From: a virus
Lineage: Duplodnaviria > Caudoviricetes
DNA length: 26,970 nucleotides
Virus record (IMG/VR): IMGVR_UViG_3300020368_000006
Location: 1-26,970 of that record
Direction: 5' to 3' (one strand)
Part shown: in pieces, positions 19,073 through 25,527 of the stretch
Layout of the letters: each line of letters begins with the position of its first letter
Position numbering within the stretch: the stretch's first letter is position 1
The notes under the pieces: model-generated
What the model was told of the DNA's origin: nothing
What the model saw: the letters and a program-made list of their open reading frames with translations, nothing else
Databases searched by the model: none
Made by a program: the position numbers and the translations under genes

Positions 19073-19134
19073 TAGGTATATAAGTAATCAGTTTTATATT
19101 AAAATTAAATTTTATTAGTTAACAGGAGAGTTAA

Positions 19135-19299
19135 ATGGATAATGAGTTGAATTTGGAAGCTATGTATCAATTGGCAATACAGGAAAATTCTGAACTGCGA
19201 CACGCTTTAAGAGCATTAACAGTTAAAAATGCCGAATTGGAACAACAGCTTGAAGAAAAAGATGCAAGCAAAAAGGAAACCAACAAAAAAGCCAACTAG
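19135..19299 (+). CDS. Small coiled-coil protein (54 aa; not in the ORF track)
   Basis: AGGAGAG RBS; MDNELNLEAMYQLAIQENSELRHALRALTVKNAELEQQLEEKDASKKETNKKAN*. Confidence 0.75.
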   Translation: MDNELNLEAMYQLAIQENSELRHALRALTVKNAELEQQLEEKDASKKETNKKAN

Positions 19300-19492
19300 G
19301 ATTACAGCAGAAAAGGTTAACCATAATCTTGAGCTGCATGAAATCCAATGTGCTGAAAGATGGAAAACTGCATTTAATCATTTTGAAAAACTAGATGAAG
19401 ATATTAATAGTTTGAATAGCTGGATTAAAGGTGGTTTGACTATGGTGGTGATTTCAATGTTTGGTATTTTTATAACAAATCTGTTTCTATGA
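19262..19492 (+). CDS. Single-TM membrane protein in the lysis region (XhlA/holin-accessory-like)
   Basis: HEIQCAERW motif, coiled coil and a C-terminal hydrophobic helix. Start uncertain. Confidence 0.6.
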   Translation: MQAKRKPTKKPTRITAEKVNHNLELHEIQCAERWKTAFNHFEKLDEDINSLNSWIKGGLTMVVISMFGIFITNLFL

Positions 19493-19872
19493 TTGAAAAG
19501 CTTATTGATCCTATTAGCAATATTCTCGATAAGTTTGTTGCAGATAAGGACTTAAAAGCAAAGCTACAACATGAATTAGATCAAGAGCTACATAAAGCTA
19601 ATATGGCTCAAGTCGATATCAATAAGATTGAAGCTAGTCATAGATCAATATTTGTTGCAGGTTGGCGGCCTTTTCTTGGATGGAGCTTATCTTTTGCTAT
19701 GGCTTGGCATTATGTGTTAGCACCATTGATTTTATTTATTGCAGGTTTTTTTGGCTATCAATTACCGCAACTACCAGAATTTGATATGGCTTCTTTAATG
19801 ACTGTATTGATGGGAATGTTGGGTTTAGGTGGCCTTAGAACAGTAGAAAAAATTAATGGCGTTGCTAAGTAA
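19489..19872 (+). CDS. Holin (3TM gene-transfer-release holin-like)
   Basis: ILDKFVADKD, NKIEASHRSIFVAGWRPFLGW and LMGMLGLGGLRTVEK motifs; hydrophobic segments; adjacent to the lysozyme gene. Confidence 0.85.
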   Translation: MIEKLIDPISNILDKFVADKDLKAKLQHELDQELHKANMAQVDINKIEASHRSIFVAGWRPFLGWSLSFAMAWHYVLAPLILFIAGFFGYQLPQLPEFDMASLMTVLMGMLGLGGLRTVEKINGVAK

Positions 19873-20318
19873 TGGATAAACAAATCATTAAAGATCGCTT
19901 AATAGATTTTGAAGCTATGGTGCTTCAACCCTATAAATGTGCAAATGGATTCCTGAGTTTAGGTGTGGGAAGAAATTTAGATGCCAATGGTATTAGCGAG
20001 GAAGAAGCACTATATCTTTTAAATAATGATATTGAAGCGGTCATAGATCAATTAGATAAGCATTGGAAGGTTTGGCGTAGCTTTCCGATTGCAGCACAAT
20101 ATGTTTGCATTGATCTGGTATTTAATATGGGTATCAATGCATGGATGTCATTTAGAAAAACTAGAGGACATATGGAACTAGGACAATGGGAAGAAGCAAG
20201 TAAAGAACTACTTGATTCTAAATACGCAAATCAGGTAGGTAGAAGAGCATTATTTAATAGTGAGGAACTTGCCAGATGTCAAAGTCCAGCGAACAACATC
20301 AAAGCAATTCAAGACTAG
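19872..20318 (+). CDS. Endolysin, T4-lysozyme-like (GH24)
   Basis: E-x8-C-x5-S catalytic spacing, GVGRNL, FNMG and ELLDSKYANQVGRRA. Confidence 0.9.
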   Translation: MDKQIIKDRLIDFEAMVLQPYKCANGFLSLGVGRNLDANGISEEEALYLLNNDIEAVIDQLDKHWKVWRSFPIAAQYVCIDLVFNMGINAWMSFRKTRGHMELGQWEEASKELLDSKYANQVGRRALFNSEELARCQSPANNIKAIQD

Positions 20319-20716
20319 GAGCATTAGGCGAATCTTTAGTACAAACATTTTTGCTTGAATTTTGCGACTGGTGTTATCCAACGCAAGACAAACATCCTGC
20401 CGATCTGCTCGTTGAGTTTGGATCAGCTAAATATACAGTACAAGTTAAAACAAGGAAGGAGACAAAAGAAGGAAAATATGTTTTTGCACATGAACCATCA
20501 AGAGCAAAGTCTGAAGTATATCGTCATTACCATTGCGATATATATGCTTTTGTATTCGTTGGTGCTAGAGGGAAGCGTATCAAGTTCCAACCAAATAACA
20601 CTTCGCAGAATTACTTTACCTTTACAAATAAACAGATAACAGACACCTTCGAGATAGATTCCCTGCAAGAAACCTTAGAAGAATTAAGTTCAGTACCTAA
20701 AATAAATAAGTTATAA
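20276..20716 (+). CDS. PD-(D/E)XK-family endonuclease-like protein
   Basis: GALGE...PADLLV...VQVKT...DIYAFV arrangement. Confidence 0.7.
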   Translation: MSKSSEQHQSNSRLGALGESLVQTFLLEFCDWCYPTQDKHPADLLVEFGSAKYTVQVKTRKETKEGKYVFAHEPSRAKSEVYRHYHCDIYAFVFVGARGKRIKFQPNNTSQNYFTFTNKQITDTFEIDSLQETLEELSSVPKINKL

Positions 20717-20721
20717 AGTTG

Positions 20722-20757
20722 TTGATATATTTATATATTTGTATATACTTAGTATAT
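20722..20757 (+). promoter_or_regulatory. Putative early promoter with an overlapping palindrome
   Basis: TTGATA (20722-20727), 16-nt spacer, TATACT (20744-20749). Palindrome ATATACT-T-AGTATAT at 20743-20757; AGGAG RBS downstream. Confidence 0.55.
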
Positions 20758-20782
20758 GTTTAACAAAAAAGGAGTAGTAAAC

Positions 20783-21070
20783 ATGAAAAAACAAGAAATA
20801 ATTAAACACGTAAATCAATCTTTTCATAACTGGATAGAATCTGAAGGTCTTTCTGAATACAGAAATGATTTAGATTTTGCTGTTAGAGAAACAGCAGAAG
20901 ATGAACATTGCTTAGTTGAGATATGTTTTGATGGTCTTTTATATGACTTAATTAATAATGAGTTTGGCTATCTTAACGAAGAAAAAGCTGAAAAGATTTT
21001 TGGCTTATCTAAATTTGAATGGGAGCCTTATTCTTCATGGAAAATAGACATACATAAAGAGGTGGCGTAA
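20783..21070 (+). CDS. Hypothetical acidic early protein (95 aa)
   Basis: AGGAG RBS before ATG 20783; no recognised family. Confidence 0.75.
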   Translation: MKKQEIIKHVNQSFHNWIESEGLSEYRNDLDFAVRETAEDEHCLVEICFDGLLYDLINNEFGYLNEEKAEKIFGLSKFEWEPYSSWKIDIHKEVA

Positions 21071-21250
21071 ATGAGACATCCAAAATCACCAAAATATTAT
21101 GCTGATAGGGTTGCATCTCTAAAGCTAAAATTAGCCGATATTGAAGACCATATTTTTCATGAAGATTGGAATTTTAGTAGTGTTGAATTTCAACAAATAA
21201 GAAGCAAGTTAGAACGACTTGAATATGCACTTTGGTCGCACAATAAATAG
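21071..21250 (+). CDS. Hypothetical protein (59 aa; not in the ORF track)
   Basis: GAGGTG RBS; MRHPKSPKYYADRVASLKLKLADIEDHIFHEDWNFSSVEFQQIRSKLERLEYALWSHNK*. Confidence 0.7.
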   Translation: MRHPKSPKYYADRVASLKLKLADIEDHIFHEDWNFSSVEFQQIRSKLERLEYALWSHNK

Positions 21251-21262
21251 GAGGGTAAGTAA

Positions 21263-21448
21263 ATGGAAATGAAGAAAATGTATTGGGTTATGCAAGAGCC
21301 TTTTGATAGGCAAAATGCACATCAAAGAGATTTTGTTATGATTGAAAAAACTGATAGTTGGGAAGAAGCAAAAGATAAATGTCTTAGAGAATTAAAATCT
21401 AAGAAAAGAACATTTATGAAAGAGGTTCATGTATGGTCGGTAAACTAA
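21263..21448 (+). CDS. Hypothetical protein (61 aa)
   Basis: GGAGG RBS; fits the operon packing. Confidence 0.7.
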   Translation: MEMKKMYWVMQEPFDRQNAHQRDFVMIEKTDSWEEAKDKCLRELKSKKRTFMKEVHVWSVN

Positions 21449-21483
21449 CTAGAGACGATATAGCTACAGGAGAGACAAAATGA
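21433..21483 (+). pseudogene. Relic 5' stub of the exonuclease gene (MVGKLTRDDIATGETK*)
   Basis: 21433-21467 is 31/35 identical to 21753-21787 and encodes the same first residues; preceded by GAGGT; its TGA overlaps ATG 21480. Confidence 0.8.
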
Positions 21484-21743
21484 AATTTTATTTTTTAGAA
21501 CTTAGTGACAATGAAAATGCTGTTTTTACAACAAAAAAAAGTGCAATGCAGTATATCAAACAATTAAATAAAAATGATAATTATTGGGTAGATGGTCTTT
21601 ATGAACCACTTATAAGTGAACATACTGAAAATGATATACAAACTTTTGTAGTAAATGTAACAAATAAAAAAACTTTACTAAGGGGTTTAAAATATGCATC
21701 TATTTTAGCTGGCAATACTTTCAACACCCCTGAATTTGATTAG
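21480..21743 (+). CDS. Hypothetical protein (87 aa), probable inserted gene
   Basis: AGGAGAG RBS, very AT-rich, lies between the two copies of the exonuclease start. Confidence 0.75.
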   Translation: MKFYFLELSDNENAVFTTKKSAMQYIKQLNKNDNYWVDGLYEPLISEHTENDIQTFVVNVTNKKTLLRGLKYASILAGNTFNTPEFD

Positions 21744-21752
21744 GAGAGATTT

Positions 21753-22706
21753 GTGGTAGGTAAACTTACTAGGGACGATATAGCTACTGCATCTATATCA
21801 CCTTACTTATTTAATGAGTATAAGTATGGATCAAGGAATGAAGCACTTAAAAGGTGTATAGATGCCAAACATGGTAAACAAACTAGGTTTGAGCAAACTA
21901 ACATACAGAGAACAGGTGATGTGCTAGAGCCTGTTCTCATTACTGAGGGGTGCGAAAGATTAGGTATGACGGATATACAAACTAATATTAGTGTTGTAGA
22001 AAAACACCCATATTTATTATTTGAAGCATCATTAGATGGTTTGGCTCATGCAGATAATTTAGTAATCAAAGAGGATGTAAGCAGGGGTATCTATCTTCCA
22101 GAAGCAACAGAGGTTAAGCTAGATGGACAAGGCGTGGTTGAGTGCAAATGTACAAGAGACTATGCAGAGGATACACCTGCTTTATGGCGTGGGGTATTGC
22201 AGATGCAAGCACAAATGGAATGTGCAGGCGTAGATTGGGGATTATTGGTGGTGCTATATCAATCCACAGACTTTCGTTTGTTTGTCTATAAGCGTGATCC
22301 AGCTTTTGCAGACAATCTCAAAGATGCAGTAGAGGATTGGAATAGACGTGTTAAAGAAGAGGATTATTTTCCCTTTGAGCTGTTGGATGAAAAGCGGAAT
22401 GATGGCGTGCTAGTGCATCCTGAAGCTACAGAAGATGAAGTTGTTGATCTTGACCTTATGTTGGAGAACTATCCAAGACAAATTATGTTATGCGATGAAA
22501 CTATTAAAAACGCAAAACTAAGCAAACAACAAGCCACAGCAAAGTTGATGGAAGCTATGGGTAATCATAGTAAGGCAAGGGTTGGTGAGTTTAGTATCAA
22601 TTGGGGTATGACACATTACAAGGCAAAAGAGGAAAAGGTTATACCTGCTAAAGAAGCTTATAGCGTTAGAAGGAAAACTTTAAATATCAAGAGGGTATCA
22701 GAATAA
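21753..22706 (+). CDS. YqaJ-like (lambda exonuclease family) recombination nuclease
   Basis: GDVLEP, ASLDG, VECKC and QMQAQM motifs; GTG start after AGGAG. Confidence 0.85.
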   Translation: MVGKLTRDDIATASISPYLFNEYKYGSRNEALKRCIDAKHGKQTRFEQTNIQRTGDVLEPVLITEGCERLGMTDIQTNISVVEKHPYLLFEASLDGLAHADNLVIKEDVSRGIYLPEATEVKLDGQGVVECKCTRDYAEDTPALWRGVLQMQAQMECAGVDWGLLVVLYQSTDFRLFVYKRDPAFADNLKDAVEDWNRRVKEEDYFPFELLDEKRNDGVLVHPEATEDEVVDLDLMLENYPRQIMLCDETIKNAKLSKQQATAKLMEAMGNHSKARVGEFSINWGMTHYKAKEEKVIPAKEAYSVRRKTLNIKRVSE

Positions 22707-22708
22707 AT
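22692..22708 (+). repeat. 17-nt perfect direct repeat, copy 1 (exonuclease 3' end)
   Basis: AGGGTATCAGAATAAAT, also at 23543-23559. Confidence 0.9.
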
Positions 22709-23606
22709 GAATGTTTTAAGTCTTTTTGATGGTATGAGTTGTGGGCAAATAGCTTTGGATAGACTTGGCATTAAAGTAGATAATTATTATGCAAGTGAAA
22801 TTAAAAAGGCTGCAATTGAAGTTACACAATACAATTACCCAAAAACAATACAAGTTGGCGATGTTACAAAATTAAAAACTGAATCTTTACGTAAAATAGA
22901 TTTATTAATTGCAGGTTCGCCTTGTCAAGATTTTAGTAGAGCAAACTCAATTCGTGAAGGTTTGCAGGGTAAGAAAAGTGTTTTGTTTTATGAATTTTTA
23001 CGCATATTAGCAGAAACAGAGCCCAAGTATTGGTTATTAGAGAATGTTGTAATGGATTATATATCTTATGGCGAATTGTCAAAAGAGCTTGGTGTTTACC
23101 CTGTAAAAATATGCAGTTCTTTAGTTAGTGGTCAACTAAGACAAAGACTTTATTGGACGAATATCAAAACTAAAGAAGATTTATTTGGATTTAAGCATGT
23201 ACATATAAAACAACCTCCAGACAAAAACATTCACTTACAAAGTCTACTGGATGATGGTTATACTGAATTACAAAAATCACGATGTCTAAATACTAAATCT
23301 TGGTATCCCTCAAAGAATCAAGAATACCTTTTGAACAGATATAAAACTACAGGCATGATAACTTTAGTTTTTGAGAATCAAGATTTTACAGGCAAGGTGC
23401 GAACACTAAATCAAAATGAAATGGAGCGATTGCAGACAGTACCAAGTGGCTACACAAAGATTTTGAATGAAAGACAAGCATCCCATGTTTTAGGTGATGG
23501 ATGGACGATTGACGTTATATGTCATATTTTTAAAGAGATGGAAGGGTATCAGAATAAATCAAATGGAGGAGTTGATGTTGGAGAGTTTTCTGATACCCAA
23601 CTTTGA
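22707..23606 (+). CDS. C5-cytosine DNA methyltransferase (orphan)
   Basis: LSLFDG (motif I), GSPCQ (IV), LLENV (VI), QLRQRLYW (VIII), ERLQ (IX) and LGDGW (X). Confidence 0.95.
   Translation: MNVLSLFDGMSCGQIALDRLGIKVDNYYASEIKKAAIEVTQYNYPKTIQVGDVTKLKTESLRKIDLLIAGSPCQDFSRANSIREGLQGKKSVLFYEFLRILAETEPKYWLLENVVMDYISYGELSKELGVYPVKICSSLVSGQLRQRLYWTNIKTKEDLFGFKHVHIKQPPDKNIHLQSLLDDGYTELQKSRCLNTKSWYPSKNQEYLLNRYKTTGMITLVFENQDFTGKVRTLNQNEMERLQTVPSGYTKILNERQASHVLGDGWTIDVICHIFKEMEGYQNKSNGGVDVGEFSDTQL
23543..23559 (+). repeat. 17-nt perfect direct repeat, copy 2 (relic exonuclease 3' end inside the MTase C-terminus)
   Basis: Identical to 22692-22708; reads R-V-S-E-stop out of frame with the MTase. Confidence 0.9.
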
Positions 23607-23624
23607 TTATATAGGAAAAGTAAG

Positions 23625-23726
23625 ATGAAAGAGATATTGACAATCATTTTATTAGCAATCTCTAGCACGTTAGGAGTTGCACTTATGTCTTGCATAATAT
23701 ATATGCTAAACAGGGATGATGATTAG
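23625..23726 (+). CDS. Small single-TM membrane protein (33 aa)
   Basis: MKEILTIILLAISSTLGVALMSCIIYMLNRDDD*; AGGA upstream. Confidence 0.55.
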   Translation: MKEILTIILLAISSTLGVALMSCIIYMLNRDDD

Positions 23727-23765
23727 AAGATATGAATATATTAATGTATGATTTGATTATTAATT

Positions 23766-23984
23766 ATGAAAACTAAAACAATTGATTTTATGGATGAAAA
23801 AGCTATGGAGAAAGTAGGTAAAGAAGCGGTGTGGGTTTATAAGGATGTGCATAAAGATTTAAAAATATTATCAGCACAAACAGGTAAACCAATGGGACAA
23901 CTAGCAGAATACTTTTTAAAAGTTGGTATTAATTCTGTGAAGCATGATCTAGTTAATGTTGATTTTGATGTGGAGGGGTTATGA
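23766..23984 (+). CDS. Small DNA-binding protein, ribbon-helix-helix-like
   Basis: AVWVYKDVHKDLKILSAQTGKPMGQLAE strand-helix-turn(G)-helix pattern. Confidence 0.6.
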   Translation: MKTKTIDFMDEKAMEKVGKEAVWVYKDVHKDLKILSAQTGKPMGQLAEYFLKVGINSVKHDLVNVDFDVEGL

Positions 23985-24163
23985 CAAAACAAAAAGACAA
24001 ATCTAGATGGGTTCTAATACCAAAAAAGAAAAAGCCAAATGTTAAAAATTATATATTGATCAAGAGTTATTATGATGAAATTAGAGCAGATTTAAAAAGT
24101 GGTAAGTTGCATTTACCTTTAGATTGGCAAAATGTAAGGAAATTATGGAATGACACAGTTTAA
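23981..24163 (+). CDS. Hypothetical basic protein (60 aa)
   Basis: GGAGG RBS, ATGA overlap. Confidence 0.65.
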   Translation: MTKQKDKSRWVLIPKKKKPNVKNYILIKSYYDEIRADLKSGKLHLPLDWQNVRKLWNDTV

Positions 24164-24338
24164 TGAAGCAGTAGCAAAAGCTAGACTTAGATTAGAAGAA
24201 GAGAAAAAGGCAAAACAGATTACAGCTATGGGTTGGTCAAGAGATTTAGAGGACGAAACTTTAGTGCATGAATTTACTAACTTTGCCAATGGTACAAGTG
24301 TTGTTAGAACAACAAGGATATTAGATGGTAAACGCTAG
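24150..24338 (+). CDS. Hypothetical protein (62 aa)
   Basis: AAGGA RBS; overlaps its neighbours in the usual coupled pattern. Confidence 0.65.
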   Translation: MTQFNEAVAKARLRLEEEKKAKQITAMGWSRDLEDETLVHEFTNFANGTSVVRTTRILDGKR

Positions 24339-24744
24339 AGCTAAAGGAGCAGCTTTTGAGAGAGAATGTGCTAAGAAGATTAACGCTATGCTTGAAACAA
24401 CACATTTAGACGATAGAGTAAGTAGAAACCTTAATCAGTATCAAGAAAAGAATCAACCAGATTTAAAGTTACGCTACATGTATTTTGAATGTAAAAATTA
24501 TGCCAGAAATAGTAACAATTGGTATCAGGAAAAATGGTGGCGACAAATTTGTGAAGCAGCAGGAGATGATAATACACCTGTTCTAATTTTTAAGTTTAAC
24601 CACTTACCTATTAGAGTGGCGTTCCCCTTAAGTATGATTAACTCAAATATAAGTAATAGTGAGTTTCATCATCCTGTTGCCTTCACATCTTTTGATGAGT
24701 TTCTTGAAATATTAAAATATGAAGTTCAGTCATGGAAGAAATAA
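24325..24744 (+). CDS. Holliday junction resolvase-like PD-(D/E)XK nuclease
   Basis: NARAKGAAFERE, QPDL, FECK, WWRQ and PVLIFK motifs. Confidence 0.8.
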   Translation: MVNARAKGAAFERECAKKINAMLETTHLDDRVSRNLNQYQEKNQPDLKLRYMYFECKNYARNSNNWYQEKWWRQICEAAGDDNTPVLIFKFNHLPIRVAFPLSMINSNISNSEFHHPVAFTSFDEFLEILKYEVQSWKK

Positions 24745-24917
24745 TTAATTATGATGCTGCTTTTGATAAATACTGTTGGGATGAATATTGTAAGATTAAA
24801 AGAGGAGCAGATTTTTTAGGCATAATCATAGAAGATTTTGGGAGTTGGAAGGAGAGTAATACTGCTTTTCTTGCAGCAGAATATGAAATAATAACTACAA
24901 ACAAAGTAGTTCATTAA
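24732..24917 (+). CDS. Hypothetical protein (61 aa)
   Basis: Fills the gap between the resolvase and SSB genes. Confidence 0.65.
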   Translation: MEEIINYDAAFDKYCWDEYCKIKRGADFLGIIIEDFGSWKESNTAFLAAEYEIITTNKVVH

Positions 24918-24930
24918 AAAGGAGAGAAGT

Positions 24931-25524
24931 ATGGAAATACTACAAGAATCAGATAATTCTATTTATCTAAAGTTTATCAGTAGGGATAAACAATTTAAGC
25001 TTGGAGATCAGGAATGTAAGTTTAAATATATGCAACTTGATCTTGATACCCTGCAAACAGGTTGGGGAAGATATGAGGGTGGCTATGAGTTTGTTTGGGA
25101 TACTGTTGTTGGTGCTAAAACTGAAAGACCAGCAGGTGAAGGATGGACAAGAGCTTTTTCTATCTGGGTGATGGTTGATGGCGTAGAGGATAGACCTTTG
25201 CTATGGCAACGCAACAGCGTAAATGAGTATCAAACAATGCTGGAAATATTAAGAGGATGTGCTTTACAATGGCAACAACAGAAGCCTTTATTACCATGTT
25301 TTGCACTTACAGGAACAGAAACTATAAAAGGTAAGATGAATGACTTTAATAGAGCTAACTTTTCTTTTGTAGATTGGAAACCAAGAAAAGCAAGTTTTGT
25401 TATTCCTACAATTGATGCACCTAATGATGATGATTGGATTAGTCCAAATGTAGGTCTAAGTGATAAGGTTGATGAACAGGTCGCTAAAAGTGGTGATATT
25501 ACAGAAGATGATTTACCTTTTTAG
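24931..25524 (+). CDS. Single-stranded DNA-binding protein (putative)
   Basis: Aromatic beta-rich body, acidic tail ending EDDLPF, next to the primase-helicase. Confidence 0.7.
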   Translation: MEILQESDNSIYLKFISRDKQFKLGDQECKFKYMQLDLDTLQTGWGRYEGGYEFVWDTVVGAKTERPAGEGWTRAFSIWVMVDGVEDRPLLWQRNSVNEYQTMLEILRGCALQWQQQKPLLPCFALTGTETIKGKMNDFNRANFSFVDWKPRKASFVIPTIDAPNDDDWISPNVGLSDKVDEQVAKSGDITEDDLPF

Positions 25525-25527
25525 ACT

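Noticed and set aside
20355-20639. 94-aa + strand ORF inside the nuclease gene
   Set aside because: Alternative frame with a TTG start and no motif; the enclosing frame has PD-(D/E)XK features.
20276-23606. Restriction-modification pair formed by the PD-(D/E)XK nuclease and the C5 MTase
   Set aside because: They are 2 kb apart, separated by a putative promoter, and the MTase appears to be an independent insertion.
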